The notes below the pieces were generated by a model. That model saw nothing but the letters and a program-made list of their open reading frames with translations. It made no database searches and was not told the origin of the DNA. 64,000 bases of DNA, taken from NCBI RefSeq assembly GCF_009914755.1, contig NC_060947.1; one strand, written 5' to 3'. The translations under genes and the position numbers were made by a program. Position 1 is the first letter of the stretch. Each line of letters opens with the position of its first letter. The DNA comes from the human T2T-CHM13v2.0 reference genome, Homo sapiens. Below are positions 42,016-56,100 of this stretch, in pieces.

Positions 42016-43239
42016 TGGTTTTTCAAAAGGGAGGAAGGCGTTAGTGGAGGTGCAGCTAGTGTCTCAGGGATTCTTTGAGGGTATTTCACGCATGTGGACT
42101 TCATTAGTCATTTGGTCCATGAAAAAAGGAAAGATTGAGAGCTGCTTATTTTTGCTATGGAGTAAGTGATGTGGTAGCCAAGAAATGAATATGCCAGACA
42201 TATATGAAAAAAAGCTAATGGTATTGACAGCTCTTTCATTTGGGCTTGTTTGTGTCAGGAGGATGCATCCCTGTTCCCTCTGAAGTGTGGATCAATTGAG
42301 ACATAGTTTACAGAACTAGATACAAATTTTGATTTACAGTGACAAAGTCAATAAACATTACACTTTTTTTTTCAAATAATGGCTCATTTCTGTATATCTC
42401 TACTATGTCGAATGACCCCCTAAGGTGAGAAACTTTTTTAGATGATGATAAAAGCTTGCTTTGGGAATAGAGGGAAAAGAGTTAAGAGGAACAATTTCAA
42501 AGAGTTTTATTTTAAAAGGGGACAAAACAATGGGACAGAAGCTGGAAGAGGATGTAGGGGCTGAGACAGCTTTCTTTAAAAAATATGGGATCTATTATAT
42601 AATATTTGGATGCTGAAGGCTATTATCTAGTGTGTAGCAAAATATTGGTGTTGCAGGAGACTGGAGTCAATCTCACGAACAAAGTCCTTGTGTAGATAAG
42701 GAGGCTCCAGTGCCCTGATGAAGTGTTACTTTACAGGGCAGCCGGGACAGATCACCCATTATAGCAATAGGGGAAGTGGAGTTTATAGAGAAGAGAGAAT
42801 TTCCTAAGGAAATATGATTAGGTTCCTGAGAAATACAGAGTATACAGTTGAGAACTGTGGCCCTAAATGGAATGTAAGATGAGTCAGTCAGTATTATTGC
42901 TATTTTTCTGTAGCCACATTTGGCTGCGTAAACAAAAGCTCCAGAGATTTATGTTTGAGTAGTGCTAGAATGTTGTCAATAGAGAGAAAGAAGAGAAAGA
43001 GAAGGGCACGGAGTTTTACTGACATATATTTAACTCCCTTGTTAACAGATGCTGGCCTCCAGAAGCTATGATGGGTAAGAGGAGAAGGAAGTAATAAACA
43101 GTTGAAAGAGCAATAGGTTAATTGTGTTAGAGGTCTTCATATGGTCACAAAGCTGGTGGAATGGATGTAGTACTATCAGCAATCAGGAAAGGCAGAAGAT
43201 AGTAAGAGATCGTTCATTTATTAGTGATACTAAGGTTTA

Positions 43240-44185
43240 TAAAGTTAGACTTAAAATTTTCTAAGAATTGATATCATGTAGACCACACAATCAATGAAAA
43301 TGTAGATGACTAATTGAATATCATAGGTTTTAAAAATTAAAAGGAAATTACTGAGTAGTTCATGAGTCCAAGAATAAATCATGATATTAATTAGAAAATG
43401 CCTATGTACAATAAGGAAAACATTACATATCAAAACTTACTGGACACAGCTCAAGTAGCACATAGAGGGACATGTGTAGTCTTAAAACTTCCATGAGATG
43501 GGTGAGCTGAAAATAATGAGCAAGTAATTCCAGATAATAAGTTAGAGAAATAACAAATAAGAAACCCAAATAAAGTAGAAGAAAATAATAAGGATAATAA
43601 CAGGAATGTATTAAGTAGAAACATATATAGAAGAGAAGTCAGCAAAGCCAGAAGCTTAATATGTAAAAAGATAATTAAAATTGATAGATCTCAGATAAAT
43701 TTATCAAGAAAAAAGAAAGAACAAAGAATACACAGTGGAAATGAAAACGTGATGTAATGACAGATGCAGTAGAGATGACAAGGGTAAGAGGATATTATAA
43801 ACAGTTTTATGACAAAGTATTTGAAAATGTGTGGTATATAGACAAAATGCTAGAAAAAGAGACATTACCAAATGTATTCAAGAAAAAATGGAAACCTGGA
43901 TTTGTCTCATAAATATAAAAGAAATGAAATCTGCATTTAAAAGTCTTTCCATGAAGAAAACATAAAGCCCAGGTGGTTTTATAATGTATTTTTTTCAATA
44001 GTTTAAGGAAGAGATAAATTTACTATTTGCAAAATTCTTCAGTAAATATAAACAAACAAATAAACAAAATATCCTTCTTTTCGTGAGGCTAGTAGAACCA
44101 TAATAGCAAAGAAAGCAAAGAGCAATATGAAAAATGATAAGTACAGCCCAGCCCACACATGCACATAGATGCAAAAATCCTAATA
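43240..44185 (+). mobile_element. Old L1M ORF2 fragment
   Basis: ACATATCAAAACTTACTGGACACAGC, GCCCAGGTGGTTTTA, CATAGATGCAAAAATCCT. Confidence 0.75.
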
Positions 44186-44199
44186 TATGGAACGCAGAT

Positions 44200-45065
44200 C
44201 TTCAAATGTATCCACTAACTGGCCACTTCTCACTGCTTCTTTCATTACCATCCTGAGATAAGCCACCATCACCTTTGCCTTGAATTAGTATTCTATTGAT
44301 ATCCCTGCTGTACCTTTGCCCCCAATTCAACACAGCAGCCAGAGGGATCCTTCTGAAATGCACATCAGGTCCTATTCTTCCACTACTCAGAACTCTCCAG
44401 TGACTCCACATCTCAATCAGTGAAACCTAAAGCCCTCACAATGGTCTTCAAGGCCCTAGAGCAAAGGATGGCTAACTGTGGCCCATGGGCCAATTCCAGC
44501 CTGCTAACTATTTTTGTATGGCCCATGTGAGCCAATAATTTTAAAATTTTATTTTAATATTTGAAAAAAATAAAGAAAATTTCATGATGTGCAAACTGTA
44601 TGAAATTCAAATGTCAGTGGTTTCAAGTAAAGTCTTACTGGCACACATCGACATCCGTTTGTTTACGTACTATGTAAGGCTGCATTGTATAACAACCAGC
44701 AACACTGACACCTTTATTTGTTAAAAACGCAAGGCATACCTCTGAAATTGCTGTCCCCTCTGCCTGGATTGCTCTTCCAGTTAGCAGAATGGCCCAGTCC
44801 CTCCCTAATTCTTTCAGGTCACTTTATCACTGAGCCTTTCTTGGCCACCCCGTATAAAACTTAAATCCATTCTATCCTGACCTGGCTAGTCCCCACTCTA
44901 TTTTCCTGATTTGTTTTTCTCCATTGCACTGGTCACCATCGAATATCCTTTCTATATTTTACTTATATATTTTATTTTTTTGGTCTCATGATGGGGAGTA
45001 TTTTTCTTTTGTTGACTGCTGGCCTGACATATAGAAAGTGCTCAATAGATATTGAGTAAATGAAT
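44200..45065. mobile_element. L2 interrupted by a MER58-type element
   Basis: CACAGCAGCCAGAGGGATC...; 3' end GTGCTCAATAGATATTGAGTAAATGAAT. Confidence 0.8.
44462..44700. mobile_element. MER58B-like DNA transposon
   Basis: AACTGTGGCCCATGGGCCAATTCCAGCCTG...TATGAAATTCAAATGTCAGTG. Confidence 0.7.
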
Positions 45066-45896
45066 AGATAAGTTGGTGATTAATAAAAGTAGCCAGAATT
45101 ATTGCATAGTCATTATAAGTTAGACACTGCATTTTAAAATATTTGTCTTTAATTCACAGAACAATAATGCAATGTGGCATCACTAGCCCCATTCTCTGAA
45201 GCAAGTAGCTAAGGTTCAAAGAGGTTATGTAACATACCCAAGTCTGAGAAGGAATACAGAAATTCAGGTCACTAGTGAGCATTGTAGACTTTAGAAGAAA
45301 GGCATTAATTAAGCATGGGGGAGATTATTTTGAGAAGATTCTGAGCTGACCAAGTCCCCCTGATATCCTGGGCTATTAACATATTTAAGAAACATATTTT
45401 GCTGGTTCGAGGAGTGATTTAAACAGGGACAGGGATCTTTATTCTATTTGCAATGAAGCGAATCAGATTCTATAGCAATTCAAAAGAAATTCAAGTTTGG
45501 AAAAAAGACCTCTGAATAAATCGGTCACTAGGCAGGGATGGCAAACATGCTTATCGTGTTTCGTTAAGTGCCACTTGTCATGGTGATATCACAGATGACG
45601 ACTATAAAATAAAGATCACATGGAGTTAAAAAGAGCTATGGAGACAGAATGCATTGCAAAGATCTAATAACTAGTGCAAGTGAAATATTTTGTAGTATTA
45701 AAGTGAAACTAATAACAGTCATTATGGATCAACACTGCTGCACTGAGGGACAAATATTCCATTTGCTCTGAGGATTGAGGAGTCTAATTTTATAGTTGGT
45801 AATTTTATAGCTGCACAAAGTTCTTTTATGAAACCATGTAGCAATATTTAATGTTTCAGGATCAAATATTGTATTTATTTTTTCTCTTTCTTCTAG

Positions 45897-46010
45897 GGAA
45901 AATAAAGTTGCAACGGCTTTTTCCTGGAGTTTATCAAGGTTGACAAGTGAAGTTTTATGAATATGATTTCTATATCATCTCTTAAGGTTGCTGCAGTAAA
46001 TATCCATAAG
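45897..46010 (+). other. Candidate noncoding exon (114 nt)
   Basis: Long polypyrimidine tract ttttttctctttcttctag|G and consensus AAG|gtaagt; stops in all three frames. Confidence 0.35.
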
Positions 46011-46134
46011 GTAAGTCAAACAAGTACATGGAGTTATTTCAGTGACTGATGCTTACCTGTGGGTTCACATTAAAACCACCTGGAAAGTTTATAAAAAATG
46101 ACTTATGTCTGCCTGGCACCAGAGATTTTAATAA

Positions 46135-46872
46135 ATTTCAAAAAACCAGCTTTTTGTTCCCTTTATCTTTTGTGATTTTATTGTTTCAATTTCATTTAGT
46201 TCAGCTCTGATCTTTGTTACTTCTTTTCTTCTGCTGGGTTTGGATTTAGTTTGTTCTTCTTTCTCTAGTTCCATGAGGGTTTCTGTCTTGATGACCTGTC
46301 TGGTGCTGTCGATGGAGTCTTGGAGTCCCCCACTATTATTGTGTTGCTGTGTATCTCATTTTTTAGGTCTAGTAGTAATTGTTTTATAAATTTGGGAGTG
46401 CCAGTGTTAGATGCATATATAGGTAGAATTGTAATGTTTTCCTATTAGACTAGTCCTTTCATCATTATATAATGTTCCTCTTTATCTTTTTTAACTGCTG
46501 TTGCTTTAAAGTTTGTTTTGTCTGATATAAGAACAGCTACTCCTGCTCATTTTAGGCATCTATTTGCCTGGAATATCTTTTCCCACCCCTTTAATTTAAG
46601 GCCCATGATATGGACCTTCGGGTTTCCCAGTGTTTTGTTTGGGGACAGACATTTACCTTCTTAAACTTTGGGCACTCACAGTTTTTGTCTGTCTTACAGA
46701 GCCTGCAATGGCAAGCTGCCTCCTGCATAGGGTGTGTGGATTCTCTGGGCTTTTCTGATATGTTCCTGTAGTAGTTCTTGGAACAAAAGTTCGTGATGTG
46801 AGTCTCCGCATGCTGCTCTGTCTGTCCAAGCAGGAGCTGCAAGTTAGCCTTGCTTCCTATCTGCCATTTTTC
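46135..46872 (-). mobile_element. L1PB-like element collapsed into three segments (5' end plus two ORF2 EN-region pieces)
   Basis: CTATCTGCCATTTT 5' terminus; antisense EN sequence TCTGATATAAGAACAGCTACTCCTGCTC; jumps near 46278 and 46601. Confidence 0.8.
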
Positions 46873-47774
46873 TCTAATTTTCAATTCATTATTTTATTCA
46901 GCCTTCTAATGAATTGTGATATGAATTACCAGAGACTGAGAATCAAAGTAAGGATTGCAGGGATTTCTCCACTTGGCTCTTCAAAGTGCCAAGAAAAGAC
47001 CAATAATATTCACATGAATGGATTTTATTTCATTTCACCAGATACTAGATGTTGAAAGGAACTGACTTACAGTGGTTCAGAGTACAGGTACTGTAGGCAA
47101 ACTGTGTAATTTTGGTTCCCCGGTCAGCCACTAATTAACTCTGTGTATTGTGATAAGTTACATACCTTCTCTGTTCTATAGTGTTTATAACAGGGCTAAC
47201 AATAATCTCTAGTGTAAAATAATACATGTTTTCTGTAACAAATATTATTAGAGTTGTTTTGTGCTAAGTGAAAGCTATAGCTGAAAGACTCAATGAGGAT
47301 GATGAAAAGATTTAGCTTTACAAGGAGTCTGTGGGTTCTGGATCCAAGGAGACTCTGCCACTCTTCCTGGGTAATCTCATTCACTCCAATTAAAATCATT
47401 CTCATCTGTATGTAGATTTTCTTAAATCATTAGTCCCGGCCCAGATTGTCTCTTAAGTTCAGGTGCTATATTGTACTTACAAATTTCTCTGGGTCATCTC
47501 CAACTGGATGTCTCATAAGAAACTGCAATTCGTCATGCCTAAACTCTCATTTACTCGATCACATTCCAGTTTCCTCTGCTCCTTCCCCTGTCAATATTGG
47601 ATAATAGCCTCACCATCTACCTCAGAAAGACCTATTATTTCAAGCCCTCTTCGCCATTCTTATCATGTCTGCTTTATTCCAGGCTTAGAAGGCAGCATGG
47701 CAGAGTGAAAAGAGTGATAAGTTACTTATCTTTTCACTTGTAAAATCATTATGTAAAAATCTGCCTTTGTCAGG

Positions 47775-47910
47775 TAGAGAAAAAAAGTGGAAAGAGTACA
47801 GACTACAGGATCTATTCCCACTTTGCTACTTACATGATGTGCCTTGGCAAAATTACTGAATCTTTGATCCTCAGTTTACTCATCTGTAAAATGGTGATCC
47901 TAATACCTAC
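47775..47910 (+). mobile_element. MIR
   Basis: CCTTGGCAAAATTACTGAATC...CTCAGTTTACTCATCTGTAAAATGG. Confidence 0.75.
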
Positions 47911-49929
47911 CTTGAGTGTAATGCCCTGCATAATAGAGACAGAAGAAGTTCAAGAAATGTAAGCCTCCTTTTGAATCTGTTGATACATGTCATCTGATCT
48001 TGTAAGCAGCTTAGCTCAGCAGTCGAAGAACAGTTTAAAATAATTGTATTCTTTACTGGCATCTCTTGAGGAGTGTTAGTGTGAGATCTAACTTGCAATC
48101 CACTGGACTAAGCCTTAAAGTCTTCTTCTTCCATTCCTTAATTCCCTTTCAGTTACATCTTCCCCAGAGCCATTCCCATGTCTAACTTATCTCTTCAACT
48201 CCAAACCTGACTCAATGTGATTAAAAACAAACATACAATCAGACCAAAAACAACAAACAAACAAACAAACAAAACCTTTATCCATTTCATTGTCATCTCT
48301 TCTACTTCTTTTACATCCACTCATCCTCTCTCCCAGAAAGCAAGAATCCTTAGGCTTCCAAAGGCTAAAGGAAGAAAGCAAGTGGCTGTGTGTGTTGGTG
48401 GTGGGAGAGAAGGACAAGGGAAGAAACCAAGAGGGAAAATATAAAATTATCTTTTCCTTGGAGTGGGTGGCAGCCTGCAAAGCTTCAAAAGTCAACAAAG
48501 CAATGTAGATGCTGTCACAGGAGCCATTATTCAAAGCATTAACATCTCTTGTCTATTGCTATAGCCTCCTAACCTGATCTCCATCTCCCTCCAGTCTCTC
48601 AATGACCAATCCATCTTTTATACTACCACTAGAATATTTTTTTTTCTGTAAAAAAAGCTCTTGAGATAGCAATATTTCTCTGCCACTCCCAGCCCAGGCT
48701 CTCCACCAACTGTACGATAAAGTCCAAAGCCTCTAGCACAGTATATAAGCACAATCTAGGCTTCTATATGTTTTTTGGTTTTTTTTTTCCAAATTATCCA
48801 ATTCCACTGATCCCCTTCCTGCCCCCACCCCTGCGACTTAATCAAGATACTAACTAGTGAGAACACATTGTCCTGTTCCAGGTGTCAATAAATCTGCATA
48901 TATTGTTGTCTTTGGAAGATCAGCCTGTCTTTTTCTTTATGTGTATGTTTGTATATTCATACTTGAGGGCACTAAGTACTAGGTTTTTCTCTTTTTTTGG
49001 TTATCCACAGGGAACTCTACTTCCGATATTTTGTACAACACATTCATTAGATGACAACTAGTTAGCAAGTGCCTCTATGCCCCAGGTCACAACATACCTC
49101 CTAGAGCAGATCCAGGAGTAGAAATGTTGCTTCTCTTTGTCTTTCATGTCCTGTATTCTCTCCACTACACCATGTTGCATTCTTAGTATCAGATTCTATG
49201 TTAGGAATTAAGGATGAAATCATCTTGGAATATTCATCTGCTTTGAAAATCTCTTAGTAAATATAATGTCTGCTTGACTTAAGTTATAACTAAAGCTTTC
49301 TGACATTCCCTAATGACATTAGGGAACAGATTTCTATTGCTGGTCCCCTTTTGTGTTTTTCTATAACTGTGTCTTACCCTGTTAACCATGACTGAGACAC
49401 AATTTTTGATATTTTTCGCTGGTGCTTACATGCATCCCTTGCCATGACCATTGAAAGTGCATCAATAATTATGCTGTGCTTTCTGACAAGGAAAAAACTG
49501 GAATGACCTTGTGCGGCCTCAGGGAGGCAAGTGGATGAAACCCCAGCTGTGTCACAGAGTTCCAATTTACTGCCAGTCTGCTGATTATATGCTTGCATAT
49601 TTCCTGAAATAGTGAAAAGCCGTCAAGTTGTAAAGCAAATAGACAACATGGCCAATGGTGAGGGTTTGTAATCTGAGAATTTGGTGAAGTGAGCATTGAA
49701 TAGCTGTATTGATGCTCTCGAACTGTGTGAGGAATGTTTATACCACTTAAGAATCATAAAGTAAGGTATTTTTTTGAAGTGTTCCTATTTCAAGGTGAAT
49801 GTGGCTGATACAACATCAGCTACCAGAAAGCAGACCAAGAAATAAAGATACCGTCACATCCAACATGACAGTATTTGGAAAGCCTGTACTTATGGGATTC
49901 AGGTTTACCATGCTTTTTATCTTAGAGGG

Positions 49930-50085
49930 TGCTTTTATAAACTCTATTTAATTTGATCCTAGTGACAGCTGTAATGTAAGGATAGTGATAATTATCATCA
50001 TTTTATCCATGAGGAAACTGAGGCACAGAGTGGAGATGACTTGGCCAAAGTCACTCAGCTTGTCAGTAGTAGAGCTCAGGTCTGT
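49930..50085 (-). mobile_element. MIR
   Basis: ATTTTATCCATGAGGAAACTGAGGCACAGAG...GACTTGGCCAAAGTCAC. Confidence 0.8.
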
Positions 50086-50187
50086 CATTTTACAGTATCA
50101 CACTGCTGTCTCTCTCTTAAATAATGCATTCTTTATAAGACCAGAAGATAGAGAGAGAAGAGTGGGAAAGGGGAGTAACCAGCTATG

Positions 50188-50751
<564 letters not shown>

Positions 50752-50752
50752 A

Positions 50753-50945
50753 AAATTTCAATGTTAGCTAAATGCTGTGCTAGCTGCTTTTTATCTCCTT
50801 TCACCCTCTCAAAAACTCTATTAGGTCTTTGTCTTTCTGCAGCTGAAGAGGTTGCCAGGAGTTAGTAGTTTCAGTGCTGAGACCAAAAAGATGTGGTCAA
50901 CATAATGTAAAATATTGTGAATTTCATTGAATGGATATGAAATTT
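50753..50945. repeat. Direct repeat, copy 2 (~193 bp)
   Basis: Abuts the Alu 5' end; matches 50188-50379. Confidence 0.95.
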
Positions 50946-53142
50946 CTGGCAATGTTTGTACATATGAACAAAATAATTTTACACTCATGCTCTCAATAAA
51001 TCCATGTTTTAAGTGCATGTTTGGTGGAAATTAATATTCTATATTGGAAATATAGTAATGAGAAGTAATTTTAGAAAAAAGATGGTTTAAAAATGCATTT
51101 AATTAAAACATGAAAATTTACATTATTTAGAATCTGACTTTTTATTACAGTTTTTCAACTTAATTTACAATAAGATAATAGAGGAAGACATAATATGAAA
51201 ATTAAACTTTGAAAAGAGAAGGGCTTAAGAAGAGATAAAACTGAAAATGTACAAAGAAATGTCAAAAGGTTATTTTTTGTATTAGCTTTAAAACTGTTGG
51301 TTGAAGAAAAGTTGGGAAAATGAAAAACCTTATTAAACAGTTACCTAAAAATATAAAATAAGTCCTAGGGAATAGTTACCAGAAAGGGGAAGTTCTGTGA
51401 CTGAGGAATGATTTAATATAATAATATAGCTGAATCAAAGGATCAGAGAGGAGGCTGGTTGGAAATAAGAGTAATTCTCTGGAACATGTTGACCTACCTG
51501 TTGGAGGATGGGAACGACCTGTGAGGATGGGTTTGGTTTTAAAACTGTTTTTCCAGTAATGAAGTCCTAATTTGCATGGCTGCATCGTCAATTTCCATAT
51601 CTCTGGTTAGAAAACTAAAAAGGCACAGAACTCGAAGATGTAATGGTGCATACGATTTGAAATCTCATACACGCAGGGCACAGCCAAAACCTACTTTTTC
51701 TTTTAGGGAGGCTGTATATTCAACCTAAACCCTCATTAGGAAAGTTTAACTATGAATGCTAACCCAGGGGTCCCTGGCAATGCTGCCACCAGGAGTCTGC
51801 AAGTGTCTCAGGTTATAATAGTTTTGACAGAGTAGTCTATGCACTTGGATAATTTATACAAAACCTCTTTTCTGAAGGAATTCACGTAAGTGAGAGGAGA
51901 CTGTCAATTTCTACCAGAAATCAAACTATATATAAACACCAAAATAGTATTTAAACCTATGAATGGCTTCAATAATATGTCAATTAATAATATAAAGCCC
52001 TATGAGTAAAAAGTACATTATAAACTCAGTTTCAACATGAGATAATTAAATATACAATATAATAGTAAGATACTTAATATCCTCTTATCTTTATCCTTGT
52101 TTCCTTAAGAATTGTGGTTAAGGCTATTACTCCTCACAACTTTATGTATAAACTAATTTTTCTCATTTTCCCATTTTTTCTGTAACTAGTTTCTGGCAAG
52201 AGCCTAAATATAGACACTCCCTTAACCTAATTAAGAATGCATTAAGTTAATTAGGTCATGTATAATATACTTTCTATATCAATCAGCCTCAAGCCTGGAG
52301 ACTTATTTTCCCTCAGTCAAATTTCTGGCATTTCCTTTACCCGTCATGTCTCTAGAGAATCCCTGTCAGTTTTCTTCATCCTCTGTCAGAAAATGGAGAC
52401 CAACCTCCTCTACCTCTTCTTTATCTAAATGTTTACTCAACTCAATGTTACACAAGATTATAAGCATCTAATGTCCCTGCTTTCAAACAATTCCATTATA
52501 AATTACCCAAGGTTTTCGTTACCAGTAGGAATGTTGAAAGCACTCAATTAATATTCACTGACTGTGTTCTTATTAAATACAAAAGTGCTCATCTTGTAAA
52601 ATCTACCTTTAGCAGCCTGAGAAATTGAGTGGACATATATAGGTGCTGACTTCCCCACCTGACAGTATGAAAACAATAAGGGATGCAGCTATTCTGCTGA
52701 AGGATTACGTATGAAAATATCACAAACTTGTAACATACTAATATTACACCATGAAGCTATAAATATAATGCCTGCAATGTAGCCAAAGTTGCATGAACAA
52801 ATAATGAAATTCTGAGTGGCTTCCCTCTGTGAGTTTAGAGTTTAGCAGTTGCACTTAGCTGTCACATGCATATTTCTTCTAAGGTATTATGACAACTACT
52901 TAAATTCCCTTCTTCAAATTCAAAGAAGATAATGTAACATCACTGTAGACCATGCCTGGCAGAAAATGGCCACACATAACTACTGAGTGACCAATCATGA
53001 CTAGAAAGAGATGTATCTTTCTTAAGATAATGTTTATAAAATTACACCCCATATCATTAATGAACTAGATAAGCGAAAGTATGTCAGGCACAGGGTGACC
53101 TGGTCTTCTTGAAGTCATTGAGCTACATAAAACATTCCCTCA

Positions 53143-56100
53143 GGAGAAACAGATCAAGATGGCAGAATAGAAGGCTTCACGAAACACCCCCCACACAAGG
53201 ATACAACATTAACAACTACACACAAAAAAAGCACTTTCATAAGCACCAAAAATCATGTGAGAACACACAATACCTGGTTTTAACTTCATTTCACTGAAAG
53301 GGACGCTGAAGAGGTAGGAAAAATAATGTCGAATCACAGGTGCTACCCCTCCCCCATCACCTGCAGCAGTGGCATAGTGCAGAGAGCAATTCTGTATGCT
53401 GGGGAGACAGAGACTGTAGCAATTGTGAGGCATTGAATTCAGTGCTGCCCTCTTGGGCCAGAAGGGACCCCACTGCCTTGAAGGGAAGGGCCCAGTCCCG
53501 GTAGGATACATCACCTGTTAACTGAAGAGACCTTGGGTCATGAATAACCAGTAGTGATGAACACCAAGTAAGCTCCTGGGGTCTCCAATTCCGGACCTTG
53601 GCTCTTGAATAGTATTTCTGGAATGGCTCTGGGCCAGAGTGGAGCCCACTGCTCTGAAGGGTGCATCCCAGGCCAGGCAGCATTCACTGCAAGCTGACTG
53701 AAGAGACCTTGGGCATAAAGGGAAAATTGGTACCCTGGGAGAAAAAAGGTACCCTGGGAGAACTGCTTGTGGGCCTGTAGTACTGTTGGTTACAGGGTGA
53801 AGCTTCTCTGACACTGGAAGGGGGCAGGCAGAGTGGAAAGGACTGCATTTCGTGCTTTTAGTGCCAGCACAGCAGCAGGACAATAGAGCACCAGGTAGAC
53901 TTCTAAGGTTTTTTTACTCTAGTCCCTGGCGCTCAGAGGATGGCACATCTGGACCCACCTGGGGCTTGAGGGAGCTCACTGCCATGAAAGGAAGCACACA
54001 GGCCTGGCTGGCTTTAGTACCTGCTGATTGTAGAGAGTCACGGAGCCAGATTTGAGGCTTGTAAGACAGGGAGCGATTACAGTGGACCTTAGGTGAGAAT
54101 CAATACCATGCTGGCTTGAGGTCTGACCCAGTTTAGTCCCAGTGGTGGTGGCCACAGGGGTGCTTGTGTCACTCCACCCTCAGCTCCAGGCAGCTCAGAA
54201 AAGAGAGGGGATACTGTGTGTTTGGGAGAAAGTAAGGGAATAGAACAAGAGTCTCTGCCTGGTGATCCAGAGTATTCTTTCAGATCTTACCCAAGACCAT
54301 CAAGGTAGTACCTCTACAAGTCCATAAAAACCATAGCATTTCTGGGATTAGGGTGCCTCCTAAAGCAGATACAGCTTAGATCACAACATAAAAGTCTTTT
54401 CGAATACCCAGAAAGTCTTTCCAAGTAGAACAGGTACAAACAAGCCCATACTGTGAACACTACAATAAATACCTAACTCTTCAATGCCCAGACACAGATG
54501 AATATCCACAAGCATCAAGATCATCCCGGAAATCATGACCTCACCGAATGAAATAAGGCACCAGGGTTCAATCCTGGAGAACAGACATATGTGAACTTCC
54601 AGACAGAAAATTCAAAATGGTTGTCTTGATAAAACTCAAAGAAATTCAAGATAACACAGAAGGAATTTAGAATTATATTAGATAAATTGAACAGAGATTG
54701 AAATAATTAAAACAAATCAAGCAGAAATTCTTGAGTTAAAAAATGCAATTGGCATACTGAGGAATGCATCAGCACTCTTTAATAGCAGAATTCATCAAGC
54801 AGAAGAAAGAATTAGTGAGCTTGAAGGTAGGTTATTTCAAAATACACATGGAGAGAAAACAAAACAAAAAGAATAAAAAACAATGAAGCATACTTACGGG
54901 ATCTAGAAAGTACCCTCAAAAGCCAAATCTAAGAGTAACTGGCCTTAAAGAGGAGGCAGAGTAAGAGAGGGGGTAGAACATTTATTCAAAGGGATAATAA
55001 CAGAGAACATCTCAAACCTAGAGAAAAATATCAATATTCAAGTACAAGAAGGCTATAGAACACTAAGCAGATTAACCCAAAGAAGACTACCTCAAGGAAT
55101 GTATTAATTAAACTTCCAAATGTCATGGAAAAGGGGTCCTAAAAGCAGCAAGAGAAAAGAAACAAATGACATACAATGGAGCTCTAATACATCTGACTGC
55201 AGACTTTTCAATGGAAACCTTACAGGCAGGAGAAAGTGACATGACATATTTAACATGCTGAAGGAAAACTTTTACCCTAGAATAGCATATCCAGTGAAAA
55301 TATCTTTCCAACGTGAAGGAGAAATAAAAACATTCCCAACTAAAAGCTGAGGGATTTCATCAACACCGGATCTGTCCTACAGGAAATGCTGAAGGGACTA
55401 ATTCAATCAGAAAGAAAAGGATGTTAATGAGCAATGAATAATCACCTGAAGGTGCAAAACTCACTGACAATAGTAAGTACACAGAAAAGCACAGAATATT
55501 ATGAAACTGTAACTGTGGTGTGTAAACAATTCTTATCCTACATCGAAAGACTAAATAATGAACCAATCAAAAATAATAAACACAGCAACTTTTCAAGACG
55601 TGGACAATACAAGGGGCTATACATAGAAACAACAAAAGTCAAAATGCCTGGGAATGAAATCAAGGTGTAGAAATTTTATTAGTATTTTTTTTGCTTATTT
55701 CTTTGATTGTGCAAACAGCATGAAGTTGTTATCACATTAAAATAATAGGTTATGAGATACTGTTTGCAAGCCTCATGGTAACCTTAAAGCAAACTTATAC
55801 AATGGATGCACAAGAAATAAAAATAAAAAATTAAATCCTACCACCAGAAAACAATATCAAAGATCAATGAAACAAAAATCAGGTTTTTCAAAAAGTTCAA
55901 CAAAGTTGATACACCTTTAGTCAGACTAACTAAGAAAAAATAAGACCCAAATAAATAAAATCATAGATGAAAAAGAAGACATTACAGCTGATATTACAGG
56001 AATTCAAAGGATTACTACTGGCTACTGTGAGCAATTGTATGCTAATAGAGTAGAAAATCTAGAAAAAGTGGACAAATTTCTAGATACATACAACTTACCA

